From: a virus
Strand: one strand, 5' to 3'
DNA length: 64,000 nucleotides
Virus record (IMG/VR): IMGVR_UViG_3300027969_000058
Coordinates: 1-64,000 of that record
Each line of letters starts with the position of its first letter. Position 1 is the first letter of the stretch. A model generated the notes under the pieces. It had not been told where the DNA came from. It saw only the letters and a program-made list of their open reading frames with translations, and did not search any database. The position numbers and the translations under genes were made by a program. Positions 45,390-55,431 of the stretch are shown piece by piece.

Positions 45390-45921
45390 TTCCTAATACT
45401 TTCATTAATTTAATTGCCCATTCAAATGCAACACGGGCTTCGTCGCCAAGGTCGTCTGTAAGCTCTGCACGAATGGCTGCTTTTAAATTATGTGCATCCT
45501 TGAATTCGTAGAACTTACCAGAGCCTGGGCATTTTTTAGCAATGATCTGTCCGCCAAATAAATCGCCCATATGACGGCAGTATAGGTGTGCCTTAACTAA
45601 GTGTTTACGAGAGTCGTCGTAATTTAGTGCTAACAAATACTGGTAGTATTCAATGGTTGCAGGCAGCCATCTAAGTTGATGGTGCGGCCCAACTAATTCT
45701 ATACAGTCTTGATATATCTTATGTGTACGTTCAATGTCTGGTAAGTTTTTTAACATACCTTGACTATTTGCCGCAGTTTCAATGCCGTTGTATACTAATA
45801 CCATTTGCCAAAGATAGTTAGCATACTCTTCTTTAGAAAAGGTTCCGCCAACTAACTTTTTAGCAAATAAAGTTTCTTCTGCTTTTTGATGTAGATCGTG
45901 TGTAATGTCTCGTAAGCTCAT
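45382..45921 (-). CDS. hemO: Heme oxygenase
   Basis: THDLHQKAE; HLYCRHMGDLFGGQII. Confidence 0.88.
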   Translation of the reverse strand: MSLRDITHDLHQKAEETLFAKKLVGGTFSKEEYANYLWQMVLVYNGIETAANSQGMLKNLPDIERTHKIYQDCIELVGPHHQLRWLPATIEYYQYLLALNYDDSRKHLVKAHLYCRHMGDLFGGQIIAKKCPGSGKFYEFKDAHNLKAAIRAELTDDLGDEARVAFEWAIKLMKVLGNE

Positions 45922-46220
45922 TCTTCTTCCATTTTAATTTGGAGTGGGAAACCACTTGCTCGGGCAAGCTGGGTAGCTTCGACTGCTTTTACTTCTGCAA
46001 TTTCGAAACTGTAAACTCCAGCAATTCCACTACCAGTACTATGTATCTGTATTGTAATATCTTTAGCTGTTTCTTGAGTGTGCTTAAAAATATCGGTTAA
46101 GATTCCAACTACAAAATCCATAGGAGTAGTATCGTCGTTGATGAGAACTACTTTCCAACGTTTAGGTTCTTGAATCTTTTGTTTGATTTTATCGTCAATT
46201 TGAATTTCAGATGTAGGCAT
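45918..46220 (-). CDS. clpS: ClpS adaptor
   Basis: KVVLINDDTTPMDFVV; FPLQIKMEEE. Confidence 0.92.
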   Translation of the reverse strand: MPTSEIQIDDKIKQKIQEPKRWKVVLINDDTTPMDFVVGILTDIFKHTQETAKDITIQIHSTGSGIAGVYSFEIAEVKAVEATQLARASGFPLQIKMEEE

Positions 46221-46273
46221 AGTTATACTCTCTTTAAAAAGGGAGAAGTTGCCTCCTCCCGTATTATTTACAT

Positions 46274-46708
46274 TTATTTTACTTCAATTCTTCGAGGCTT
46301 AAGAGCGTCGGGAATTATAAGTGTAAGTTTAATATGAAGGATGCCGTTAGTCAACAATACGTCGCCCACTTCCATATACTGCGGAATAGTAAAGGCTCTT
46401 TCAAAGTTTCTTGCGGCGAGGCCTCGATGTATGTATTGAGCATCACTGTTTTCTATTTCAGGCTTGTAACCCTTAATAATTAACTGATCCTGGTCAACCT
46501 CGACTGATATATCAGGCTTGTCAAATCCTGCAACTGCAATCTCAATTTCGTAGTGTGTATCGTCAAATTTGAGTATATTGAACGGAGGGTAATTGATGTT
46601 GTTACCAATTCCTTTTGATTCGATGTTATTGAAAATACGATCAAATCCGATCAATGCTCTACTTAAATGGGCAAGAGCTGCCGCATCAATAGTTCTTAAT
46701 TGTGTCAT
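46274..46708 (-). CDS. Small heat shock protein (Hsp20/IbpA-like)
   Basis: YPPFNI, AVAGF, HRGLAARNFER. Confidence 0.92.
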   Translation of the reverse strand: MTQLRTIDAAALAHLSRALIGFDRIFNNIESKGIGNNINYPPFNILKFDDTHYEIEIAVAGFDKPDISVEVDQDQLIIKGYKPEIENSDAQYIHRGLAARNFERAFTIPQYMEVGDVLLTNGILHIKLTLIIPDALKPRRIEVK

Positions 46709-46760
46709 TTTATTTCTCCTTAATAAGCAAGAACTGCGTAGGGCCCCGAAGGCGCCCTAC
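46709..46760 (-). promoter_or_regulatory. ROSE-like RNA thermometer (hsp20)
   Basis: TTCTTGCTT-ATT-AAGGAGAA hairpin plus upstream GC hairpin. Confidence 0.65.
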
Positions 46761-46775
46761 TTTAAAAATACTATC

Positions 46776-48695
46776 TTATTTTCTATCTTTAAAGATTTCT
46801 TCAAACTCTGCGTTTGTTTCAGCGGTGGTAGGTGTCTTACCTTCGTTTTTACTATTTTGTAAATCACCACGGACTTTCATGATTGGTTCTGCTATTTTTA
46901 CAAGTTCCGTAGCCGCTTTATTAATTACATCGGTATCTTCACCTGCTAACGCTTCTTCAACTGCTGTTACACCTGCAAGGAATGCATCTCTATCTTCCTG
47001 AGTGATTTTATCTTTAAACTCTTCACTTTCTTCAACGTCTTTAAGATCAGATTTTAGACTGTTAACCAATGCTTCGGCTTGGTTTCGCTCTTCAATAAGA
47101 GTTCGAAGTTTTTTATCTGACTCTGCATTAGCTTCAGCATCTTGTACCATACGCTCGATTTCTTCTGGTGTAAGACCGCTGTTACCTTGGATGGTAATTT
47201 TGTTTTCTTTACCAGTTAGTTGATCTTTAGCAGATACATGCATAATACCATTAGCATCAATATCGAGTGTTACTTCAACTTGTGGCTGGCCTCTACGGCT
47301 TGGCGTTGGGATCCCTTCAAGATTAAACTCGCCTAACAATTTGTTATACTGAGTAAACTCACGTTCTCCCTGGAAACATCTAATAGTAACAGCCTGTTGA
47401 TTATCTTCAGCAGTTGTAAAATTCTGGCTTGTCTTAGTTGGGATAGTGGAGTTTTTAGCAATTAGCTTTGCCATCACGCCACCTTGGGTTTCAATACCAA
47501 GACTCAACGGAGTAACGTCTAATAGCAATACATCATTACGATCGCCTTTTAATACTGCGCCCTGGATTGCCGCGCCTGCCGCCACAGCTTCGTCTGGATT
47601 AACGTCTTTGCGTGGAGCCTTGCCAAATAGCTTTTCAACAGCTTCTTGCACCTTGGGCATACGTGTCATACCACCAACAAGAATAACATCACTGATGTCA
47701 GATGCTTGTAAGCCTGCGTCTGCTAATGCTGTACGGCATGGAGCCAAAGATCTCTGAATCAATGCATCTACTAAACTTTCAAATTTAGATCGGCTAATAG
47801 TAACATTTAAGTGCTTAGGTCCTGTGGCGTCAGCTGTGATATATGGTAAATTCACTGATGTGCTCTGTGTACTTGACAATTCAATCTTGGCTTTTTCAGC
47901 GGCTTCTTTCAAACGCTGTAATGCCAACATATCCTTAGTTAAGTCGATGCCTTGTTCTTTCTTGAACTCATCAACGATGTAATCCATAATACGTTGGTCA
48001 AAGTCTTCGCCGCCAAGGAATGTATCACCATTGGTAGACATTACTTCAATTTGTTTGTCGCCCTCAACTTCTGAAATTTCAATAATAGAAATATCAAATG
48101 TTCCGCCGCCAAGATCATAAACTGCAATCTTGCAGTCTGTTTTTTCTTGTTTGTCAACACCATAGGCAAGTGCGGCCGCTGTTGGCTCGTTGATAATACG
48201 CAGAACGTCAAGTCCTGCAATTTTGCCAGCATCTTTTGTTGCCTGTCTCTGGCTATCATTAAAGTATGCAGGAACAGTAATAACTGCTTCAGTTACTGCA
48301 TAACCAAGATAGTCTTCTGCAGTCTGTTTCATTTTACGTAAAACTTCCGCTGAGATTTGTGGCGGTGCTAATTCTTTATCATTAACCTTAACCCATGCAT
48401 CGCCGTTTTCAGCTTCTATAATAGTGTATGGCATTAGGCCAATATCTTTCTGTACAGCTTCTTCTTTGAATTTACGACCAATTAAACGCTTTGATGCGTA
48501 GATTGTGTTTTTTGGGTTAGTGACTGCTTGTCGTTTTGCTGTTGCACCTACAAGAATTTCCGTATCTGTATATGCAATGATTGAGGGTGTTGTACGTGCG
48601 CCTTCGCTATTTTCAATAACTTTAGTAACGCCATTTTCAATAATGGCTACACACGAATTTGTTGTACCGAGATCGATACCGATGACTTTGCTCAT
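46776..48695 (-). CDS. dnaK: Chaperone DnaK (Hsp70)
   Basis: [30 protein letters not shown]. Confidence 0.97.
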   Translation of the reverse strand: MSKVIGIDLGTTNSCVAIIENGVTKVIENSEGARTTPSIIAYTDTEILVGATAKRQAVTNPKNTIYASKRLIGRKFKEEAVQKDIGLMPYTIIEAENGDAWVKVNDKELAPPQISAEVLRKMKQTAEDYLGYAVTEAVITVPAYFNDSQRQATKDAGKIAGLDVLRIINEPTAAALAYGVDKQEKTDCKIAVYDLGGGTFDISIIEISEVEGDKQIEVMSTNGDTFLGGEDFDQRIMDYIVDEFKKEQGIDLTKDMLALQRLKEAAEKAKIELSSTQSTSVNLPYITADATGPKHLNVTISRSKFESLVDALIQRSLAPCRTALADAGLQASDISDVILVGGMTRMPKVQEAVEKLFGKAPRKDVNPDEAVAAGAAIQGAVLKGDRNDVLLLDVTPLSLGIETQGGVMAKLIAKNSTIPTKTSQNFTTAEDNQQAVTIRCFQGEREFTQYNKLLGEFNLEGIPTPSRRGQPQVEVTLDIDANGIMHVSAKDQLTGKENKITIQGNSGLTPEEIERMVQDAEANAESDKKLRTLIEERNQAEALVNSLKSDLKDVEESEEFKDKITQEDRDAFLAGVTAVEEALAGEDTDVINKAATELVKIAEPIMKVRGDLQNSKNEGKTPTTAETNAEFEEIFKDRK

Positions 48696-48750
48696 AATAG
48701 TTTCTCCTTAGTTAAGCAAGAATTTGTAGGCCCTTACGGCGCTCTACAAA
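48696..48750 (-). promoter_or_regulatory. ROSE-like RNA thermometer (dnaK)
   Basis: TTCTTGCTTA-AC-TAAGGAGAA plus paralogous upstream hairpin. Confidence 0.6.
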
Positions 48751-48755
48751 TTTAT

Positions 48756-49340
48756 TTATCTTTTTCCACTTAACGGTGTGATTAATGTACCGTCAAATTT
48801 TGTAGTGCCTTGTAGTGTTTTAAACACATTCTGCACTCCTACTGCTTGATTCCACGCATCTTCAAGAGCATGGTGTTTTAGTACGGGAGGCCTGTTAGGA
48901 TTGATACCAATATCAAACAGTGTACGGGTATCACGAACTTCCCAAAAACTCCACGGAATTGCTTTGCCGATTTTACGAAAAATATGCTCACAAATAACAA
49001 TATCAAATGTTGCACCGTGGCTCCAAACTCGTTTGGCTCCCCAACAGAATTTATAAAGTTGATGCATAGCGTCTACTATATCAACTCTATCAGTTTCTCC
49101 AAATGCTTCATCTTGGGCTTCTTTGCTTTGATTAGCCCACCAAGCAATTGTATCGTCGTTGGTGACTAAGCCTATTTTGTCGCAACTATCTAAATCAACT
49201 CTTGTATAGAACTTTGTACATTTTGGATCATTAACATCATCACCGAACGGATCAAACTTAACAGCGCCAATTGTAAGAATGGCAGCATCTGGGGATGTTG
49301 CCAAAGTTTCCAAGTCAATCATAATATCTGTATTTGCCAT
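48756..49340 (-). CDS. DEDDh 3'-5' exonuclease
   Basis: IDLET, HGATFD, HHALEDA. Confidence 0.85.
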   Translation of the reverse strand: MANTDIMIDLETLATSPDAAILTIGAVKFDPFGDDVNDPKCTKFYTRVDLDSCDKIGLVTNDDTIAWWANQSKEAQDEAFGETDRVDIVDAMHQLYKFCWGAKRVWSHGATFDIVICEHIFRKIGKAIPWSFWEVRDTRTLFDIGINPNRPPVLKHHALEDAWNQAVGVQNVFKTLQGTTKFDGTLITPLSGKR

Positions 49341-49367
49341 TATATTCTTTCTTTATTAAGAACTAAC

Positions 49368-49396
49368 ATTATAGCATAATACAGATCATATGTCAA
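49368..49396 (-). promoter_or_regulatory. sigma70 promoter
   Basis: TTGACA-17-TATAAT. Confidence 0.85.
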
Positions 49397-49641
49397 TACA
49401 TTTTCTTAGGTAGTTCTTGTTCTCTGAGCTTTTTAGCCCAACGACTTTTGGCTGCGGCTGCTTTGCGCTTTCGAGCTGTTGTGGGTTTCTCGTAAAACTC
49501 TTTCTTTTGTAAATCCTTGAGTTTATTACTGTCCTCAATTTTATTTTTGAATTTACGTAGGGCACGATTAACATCGTCACCATCTCTAAGAAATACGGTT
49601 GATCCGTATAATCTAATTGCGTTATTGTCCTTCATCTTCAT
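49393..49641 (-). CDS. rpsU: Ribosomal protein bS21
   Basis: ALRKFK...KEFYEKPTTARKRK. Confidence 0.9.
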   Translation of the reverse strand: MKMKDNNAIRLYGSTVFLRDGDDVNRALRKFKNKIEDSNKLKDLQKKEFYEKPTTARKRKAAAAKSRWAKKLREQELPKKMY

Positions 49642-50053
49642 CCTCTTCTGGTTCTTCTTTGTCTTTGAATGCTTCTAAAATCCAATCAAGATTAAATATC
49701 CTGTTTCTACTAATTAGATTCCAGGGCGTTAGCTCATCATTGGTCATATAGTATGCATTTGGTTGTGCTAATATAAAACTAACAAAATTTTTAGTTATCT
49801 CATCGCAGTTGTCAATATCTATAATAACAAAGTCCGAGTTATTGGCTGCATTAAGCATCCAGGCAATATCTACTTCATCTGTGTCATATATGTATACATT
49901 TATATCATCAGGGCAAGCACTAAGTAAAGTCTGAAATTGCATCTTTACTTTAGTGCTGGGTTTTACTAACAGATATCCGGGGTTCAAATTAAACAGCGTA
50001 TCTGGTGGAGTGATAAGATTAATTTTTCCTAAGTTCATAAATTCTTTGTGCAA
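49622..50053 (-). CDS. Hypothetical protein
   Basis: ORF in operon (LITPPD motif). Confidence 0.6.
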   Translation of the reverse strand: MHKEFMNLGKINLITPPDTLFNLNPGYLLVKPSTKVKMQFQTLLSACPDDINVYIYDTDEVDIAWMLNAANNSDFVIIDIDNCDEITKNFVSFILAQPNAYYMTNDELTPWNLISRNRIFNLDWILEAFKDKEEPEEDEDEGQ

Positions 50054-50336
50054 AATAGTCTAATTGATCAATACTGTAGATGCTGAACTTAGGACCCTTT
50101 TCTTGAATTCGTTTTACAAATTCAGCTAACTCAGGCTCTTGTGTCTCATCAACTACAATATTTTTAAATTCGTGTTCGCTGTACTCTTTATATAGTCTAT
50201 CTGAAGAACGCATTTGATCTTTTTTCATTATGCGTTGCCAAAGTGTTGTTTCACCTTGTTCAGCATTTTGAACATAGGTTAGTTCTTCTTCTCTTTGAGC
50301 TTCTGCTGCCCCTCTTCCTTGATCATGTAAGTTGTC
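50019..50336 (-). CDS. -1 frame extension of the 50279-51448 gene
   Basis: Open from the A-AAA-AAG site at 50336-50345 through to 50019. Confidence 0.55.
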   Translation of the reverse strand, partial: DNLHDQGRGAAEAQREEELTYVQNAEQGETTLWQRIMKKDQMRSSDRLYKEYSEHEFKNIVVDETQEPELAEFVKRIQEKGPKFSIYSIDQLDYFAQRIYELRKN

Positions 50337-51448
50337 TTTTTTTTTAGATCTTCTGTAAGTTCAGGAAGAATTTGATAAGTTGATGAGTTCACTGTGAGAT
50401 CCACAGTGTCAACTGTAGTAGGTTCAGTTTCTTCAACCTTGGGGGTAGCAGGAACAAATTCTACTACGGCAGTGACAGCGATATTCGGTGATTGAATTTC
50501 AATCGGTGTGTCAAGTTTTGCAACTATTGGATCTAAATTTTCAAAATGAGCAAATGGTTGATTCAAGTATGGATGTTTATCTAATACAGATTCGTCTGGT
50601 AAAACAGTTTCTTTGATCTGCTCAACCTGAGCGTCAGTTAACGGTCCATCGTCTGGCTCGTAAGTTGGCACTGGTACTACTTTTAGTTTTTCTTCTTTTA
50701 ACCAGCCAAACGTCATTTGAGCTGCCAATAGCATGATAACTGCCAAAGGATCAAATACAACCACAATTAAAATAATTACCCATGTAACGGCTTTTTCAAG
50801 AAGATTAGCATCTGGGTTGTCACCGTAGACAAAAGCCGCGATGTATTTGATTGGTCCTACTTCGGCTTCTACTTTACGTACCTCAGCGGCAATAGGCGCC
50901 CTCTCTTCAGATAGTTGACTAATAGTTTTCTGTTCGGCAGTGATCTCAGATTGGAGACGAGTACGTTCTTTTTGCTGTCCTCTTCGAATCGAAACTGCTT
51001 TGTCGGCACCCTTTTCATCTTGGCTTCGGCCCATGACTTGGTCCACAGCCTCATCCATCTGTTTAAGCGCCTTACGGTTCGCATCTATATTATCCTTTGC
51101 TGTCTTAATCTTTTCGTCATAGATGGCAATCTTACTTGTTACGTCGCCGCCGACTAAAGTTTGATCGGTATGTGCCTTACTTAAGAATCCAAAGATACCC
51201 ATGCTGGTTATAAACATTAGTACAATGATTGCAACCAACATGTAACTGCGTATAAAGTTAGGAGCTCGTTCCCAGTTAGCTTTAAGCCATGAAGCGCATA
51301 CTAATTTTGCTATTTCTAAACTACCTCCCATAATATAGATAGGAATAGTTGCGGCTGCAAAAATAGCGGCCAAGCCAATAACACTATAATAGATGGCCAC
51401 TCCGGAGATGACAAGGCCAGTAAGGAGTAATAAAGACGCCAGTATCAT
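50279..51448 (-). CDS. Membrane coiled-coil protein
   Basis: 3 N-terminal TMs, coiled coil, VGPIKY, FDPLAV. Confidence 0.7.
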   Translation of the reverse strand: MILASLLLLTGLVISGVAIYYSVIGLAAIFAAATIPIYIMGGSLEIAKLVCASWLKANWERAPNFIRSYMLVAIIVLMFITSMGIFGFLSKAHTDQTLVGGDVTSKIAIYDEKIKTAKDNIDANRKALKQMDEAVDQVMGRSQDEKGADKAVSIRRGQQKERTRLQSEITAEQKTISQLSEERAPIAAEVRKVEAEVGPIKYIAAFVYGDNPDANLLEKAVTWVIILIVVVFDPLAVIMLLAAQMTFGWLKEEKLKVVPVPTYEPDDGPLTDAQVEQIKETVLPDESVLDKHPYLNQPFAHFENLDPIVAKLDTPIEIQSPNIAVTAVVEFVPATPKVEETEPTTVDTVDLTVNSSTYQILPELTEDLKKKTTYMIKEEGQQKLKEKKN

Positions 51449-51451
51449 TAA

Positions 51452-52075
51452 TTAAACAGTAGAAACTATTTCCGTTCCGTCTAAAATTTGAACAGAAACA
51501 TCATCATATACATCGCCATCGGTATCAGGCCGTTGAATTGTAATTGATGACAGTACGCCTGCTGTTCCTACAGTGTCGTATGTATTCCATTTACGTGTAT
51601 AGCCTGAGGTGCCGCCACGTTGAATACCTTGTGCTACAAGATAACGTATTGCTTTTGCTGTAGTGTCGATTGTAACAGCGGCACCTGTAGTAGGTGCAAA
51701 TGTTGTAGCAACTTTTTGAACTGCACCTAATACAAAATCATCTCTGTCATATTTTACAGTAAATGCAATGTTAGTAGGAACATTGTTAGCATCTGTTGCG
51801 CCGGCGCTGGTTACTTCTACATCAATAATTTGAGCATCACTATGCTTAGATAACTCTTCAATAATTGCTTGCCAGCGCATATTGCCACGACTTAATCGTA
51901 GTGAGTTTACTTCAGATGAAGGTAATGTAGTGTAGCTATCCCAATTGTAGGGGTTTACTGCGCCATTAGCAGGTGCTGCCGCTGTCCATGTAGCAGTGCC
52001 ACCGGTCATTGTAATTACCACACGATAAAAATCTGGTGATAGTTGGTTTGTGTCTTGTTGAAATCCTGAGGCCAT
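51452..52075 (-). CDS. Hypothetical (probable virion) protein
   Basis: Thr/Ala/Gly-rich; TAAATA upstream. Confidence 0.45.
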   Translation of the reverse strand: MASGFQQDTNQLSPDFYRVVITMTGGTATWTAAAPANGAVNPYNWDSYTTLPSSEVNSLRLSRGNMRWQAIIEELSKHSDAQIIDVEVTSAGATDANNVPTNIAFTVKYDRDDFVLGAVQKVATTFAPTTGAAVTIDTTAKAIRYLVAQGIQRGGTSGYTRKWNTYDTVGTAGVLSSITIQRPDTDGDVYDDVSVQILDGTEIVSTV

Positions 52076-52096
52076 TTTTTAGCTTCCTATGTTATT

Positions 52097-52513
52097 CTAA
52101 TATTTATCAACAAAAGTCCAAGTCCTTCTATTAGTATTAAGACATGCGGTGTCTTGATAGCTATTAGCTTTGTCATTTATACGTATAAAACTATAAATTC
52201 TTCTACATACTGTGCCGCTGGCTGGCCACGTATAAACAATTCTTACTTGTCCGTCTGCGTCGTCAATCATACTGCGCCATGTGACAGTTTCACCGTTGTC
52301 AAGATTATTTAGCGCATGATTAACGGCTTGTTTATGATTATCTAAATCTTGTTTAGATAATGATGTACCAAACCATTTGTTCATTACCCATGCAATGCCT
52401 ACAGTTTGTGATTCAAACGCAGGACTTTGTGCATATACAGGATTAAGGACTAACAGTAGGCACAATTTCCCAAGTACCGTCCCATTTTTTACACGCATAA
52501 GTACGTCTTTCAA
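52097..52513 (-). CDS. 17-kDa surface antigen-like protein
   Basis: ALNN...W...CR...AC...W pattern. Confidence 0.6.
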   Translation of the reverse strand: MKDVLMRVKNGTVLGKLCLLLVLNPVYAQSPAFESQTVGIAWVMNKWFGTSLSKQDLDNHKQAVNHALNNLDNGETVTWRSMIDDADGQVRIVYTWPASGTVCRRIYSFIRINDKANSYQDTACLNTNRRTWTFVDKY

Positions 52514-52760
52514 CTGTTTGTCCCCTTAAATTAGTAAGGTATCTAAATTCTCCGCAATCTGACGAGATTCCAGTTCGTGCCATAACTATTCGATCAACTG
52601 GGTCGTCGGAGCAGATAACAGTAGTTTTACTTGAAACATCACTGCCGTTATCTACTTCTACTATCTTCTTTGTATGACAAAATTGTCCTGCTACTTTTTT
52701 AGGTGATGAGCTACAGCCTGCGGCTGTAATTATCACTGCAAGAACAATTAGCCATTTCAT
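52443..52760 (-). CDS. Lipoprotein
   Basis: AAGC lipobox. Confidence 0.65.
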   Translation of the reverse strand: MKWLIVLAVIITAAGCSSSPKKVAGQFCHTKKIVEVDNGSDVSSKTTVICSDDPVDRIVMARTGISSDCGEFRYLTNLRGQTVERRTYACKKWDGTWEIVPTVSP

Positions 52761-53230
52761 TGCTTTCTCGCTTTAGATTCTGCAATAAGTTGATCAAATG
52801 TAGATTTAGGCATCTCAAGTCTAACAAATGTATAATGTTTCCCGCCCATGGTAAAATGTGCAGTTTCAGTACGCAGATGTTCGCGGATAGTAGTATCTTT
52901 TACCACATACGAAATTCGAGTTCGTGTGGACTTTTTATCGTTTACAAAGTTAATCTCAGTTTCACTATTAACTTCACTGTTAATACGCTTGGCAAAGTTG
53001 TTCATCGCAATAGCGTACATCTGTTCTTCGGCAGCCTGTGCATAAACACTTTCTCCACCGCCGCAGGCATTGGCAAATTCTTTCTTCCACCAAAACCAAC
53101 CTTTAACTGAACTCTGCTGGCATTCTGTATACCAATCTGGCATTGCATAGGCTTTGCGTTCTTCTACGGTCTTCATGCCTGAGCAGGCAGTTAGTGCGGC
53201 TATGATAGGAATTAAAATAAACTTTTTCAT
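52757..53230 (-). CDS. Lipoprotein (LPP20-like)
   Basis: LTAC lipobox, PDWY. Confidence 0.65.
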   Translation of the reverse strand: MKKFILIPIIAALTACSGMKTVEERKAYAMPDWYTECQQSSVKGWFWWKKEFANACGGGESVYAQAAEEQMYAIAMNNFAKRINSEVNSETEINFVNDKKSTRTRISYVVKDTTIREHLRTETAHFTMGGKHYTFVRLEMPKSTFDQLIAESKARKQ

Positions 53231-53401
53231 TTTGCCATCTCCTGTGAGTGTGTTTTAATAGTGTCGACTCCTCGGTCAAGCATACGAGCAACGCCCGAGA
53301 ATCCTACGGTAGCAAGTATTAGTCCAAAGACTGCGCCAATAACAAAGTTTTTCATATTTGCCTTTCTGTGTGTGTGAAATTAAAAAGCCTCTGTAGCATG
53401 T

Positions 53402-53430
53402 ATTATACTATCAGAGGCATTGTTAGTCAA
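53402..53430 (-). promoter_or_regulatory. sigma70-type promoter
   Basis: TTGACT-17-TATAAT. Confidence 0.7.
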
Positions 53431-53440
53431 TGATATTTGG

Positions 53441-53743
53441 TTACTTAAAGAATATCAAAACCATCAATACGCTTTGGATGATAAATCCTACGCCAATTGT
53501 GATGACATTGAGCATATCCTTTTGGACTGCGGCTTTGACAAACATCAAAGTCAATCCTGTCCACATTAACAATATAATGTCTGCGCTGGGCATCTTATCA
53601 GTAAGCCCTGCCATCACAGCCAACAAACTTGGAATGGTTGCTGAATGGATTACAATTACTGCTAACCAACCCAAAGTTTCGGCAGATACATGGGCGACTT
53701 TTTCTCGCACAAATGTTCTAACTGTTTCAACATTAAAATCCAT
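53441..53743 (-). CDS. Small 3-TM membrane protein
   Basis: hydrophobic helices; follows the hydrolase gene. Confidence 0.55.
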   Translation of the reverse strand: MDFNVETVRTFVREKVAHVSAETLGWLAVIVIHSATIPSLLAVMAGLTDKMPSADIILLMWTGLTLMFVKAAVQKDMLNVITIGVGFIIQSVLMVLIFFK

Positions 53744-53745
53744 GA

Positions 53746-54285
53746 TTATTCCTTATAAAAAATATGACGACCAATTTTACCAATTACTGGCTTACCCCAA
53801 CCTGGATTAACGTAGTCGGCATGATAGAACATGGCCTTCTTCATTGTGTCCAAACGGAATCCTTCTAATAGAACTTTTTTAGCAACTTCATAACTTTCAT
53901 TATATGCTGCCGTGTTCTTAATAATTGCTTTGCCACCATTTAGGCAGTACCAGCTAAATTGGCAAACTACTTTTTCCATAAACACATTCTTTTGGTAAAC
54001 AACGCCGCAGACATCGCTGGGAAATTTTCCAGATGCTGCTCGATTCATTGTTACCTGTGCTACTGCTACTTTACCTTCGAAGGACTCATATCCTGCTTCG
54101 TGGTAAATGTTTTTGGCTAAACAATCTAATTGTCTTTCTCTATCTTTGGCTGTTATAATTTCTGTCGAAGCCATAGCTTCTAAATTTTCCAGAGACGAAA
54201 ATTTCCTGGCTGTCACGGTTTGTATCAAACCTGCTATTAGAATGAAGCTAATAACAAAGATACTGAAACGTATCATTTTTTCCAT
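53746..54285 (-). CDS. SleB/Hydrolase_2 cell wall hydrolase
   Basis: CLAKNIYHEA, VAQVTMNR, QFSW, IGRHIFY. Confidence 0.9.
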   Translation of the reverse strand: MEKMIRFSIFVISFILIAGLIQTVTARKFSSLENLEAMASTEIITAKDRERQLDCLAKNIYHEAGYESFEGKVAVAQVTMNRAASGKFPSDVCGVVYQKNVFMEKVVCQFSWYCLNGGKAIIKNTAAYNESYEVAKKVLLEGFRLDTMKKAMFYHADYVNPGWGKPVIGKIGRHIFYKE

Positions 54286-54327
54286 AGTTTTCTCCTTAAG
54301 TAAGTAGTTATCTCGAATAGATTCGAG

Positions 54328-54723
54328 TTATCTACGCATTTTGCTAATATCAATAGCTTCTTCGTCGCTAAACACCGGTACTGCATTGCTTTTATGCATT
54401 GTTGCAATACCTTTAACTTTAGTTCCGGTATAGACCTTAGCTGGTGCTAATGTAGCAACACCATTATCCTGCCCTAAACTTTTAATATGGGTTGTTGTTC
54501 GGTTAGCAGGAATACTTAGCGAGTAATTCCCTGTTAAGGGTTCGGCGCACAATGCTCGCTTGCGCTTCTTTTCTTCAGCTTCTACTCCCCATCGTTTTTG
54601 AAGCTCTTTCCAATCTTTATCCAATTGCTCGCTTTTCCTTTTTGCTTCTGCGCTGGCAAATTTTACTTTACCTTTCTTCTTGCCTGTGGTACTGAGCCAC
54701 GGGCCTTCTAAATGCATTGTCAT
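54328..54723 (-). CDS. Conserved basic phage protein
   Basis: YTG...IATMHKSNAVPV...MRR. Confidence 0.6.
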   Translation of the reverse strand: MTMHLEGPWLSTTGKKKGKVKFASAEAKRKSEQLDKDWKELQKRWGVEAEEKKRKRALCAEPLTGNYSLSIPANRTTTHIKSLGQDNGVATLAPAKVYTGTKVKGIATMHKSNAVPVFSDEEAIDISKMRR

Positions 54724-54782
54724 ATTTTCACCAAAAGTTAAAACACAAGCTATAGTATATAGCCTTGTTCGACTTCTGTCAA

Positions 54783-55103
54783 CTAAAACGAGTTAGCTAC
54801 CATTTCGAGCAATTCTTCATGCTCGAAATATGCATATTCTGGATTAAATTCATAAATGCCATCTTCTATGCTTTGCCAGTTTTCTATGCCTAAGATTTCA
54901 AAAATCTCATGCTTGCTTAACGGTTCGTCTCGCATATGGCTAACCCAGGCAGCTGTCATCACAGCACAGGCAAATACAACACGATCGCTGTAGACATCAT
55001 TGGCTTCACACCATTCAACTGTGCGTCGAAGATAATACTCTATATCTTCAATTCTGTGTTCTAATTGAGAAATCCAAAGTTTAGTTTGATTTCTTGACCA
55101 CAT
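54783..55103 (-). CDS. Hypothetical protein
   Basis: start at MWSR, after iscA. Confidence 0.5.
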   Translation of the reverse strand: MWSRNQTKLWISQLEHRIEDIEYYLRRTVEWCEANDVYSDRVVFACAVMTAAWVSHMRDEPLSKHEIFEILGIENWQSIEDGIYEFNPEYAYFEHEELLEMVANSF

Positions 55104-55104
55104 A

Positions 55105-55431
55105 TTATATCCTAAAAGATTCGCCGCACCCGCAACGGTCACGCTCATTTGGGTTTGAAAAGTCGAATCCTTCGTTGAGTCCTTCACGGACCCAATCCAT
55201 GGTTATTCCAGTTAAGTAAACTAAACTTTTAGCATCTATTAATACTACAAAGTCTTTTTGAGCAAAGTTAGTAACACCTTCTTCATATTTGTACTCGTCA
55301 ACATATTCTAAGGTATAGGCTAAGCCGCTACAGCCAGTAGTTCTTACACCGACACGGATGCCTACGCCTTTGCCACGGCGCTCTAACGTTTGCTTAATCT
55401 TTTTATACGCTGTGTCGGTTACGGTAATCAT
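55105..55431 (-). CDS. iscA: Fe-S assembly A-type carrier
   Basis: GCSGLAY; CGCGESF. Confidence 0.95.
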   Translation of the reverse strand: MITVTDTAYKKIKQTLERRGKGVGIRVGVRTTGCSGLAYTLEYVDEYKYEEGVTNFAQKDFVVLIDAKSLVYLTGITMDWVREGLNEGFDFSNPNERDRCGCGESFRI

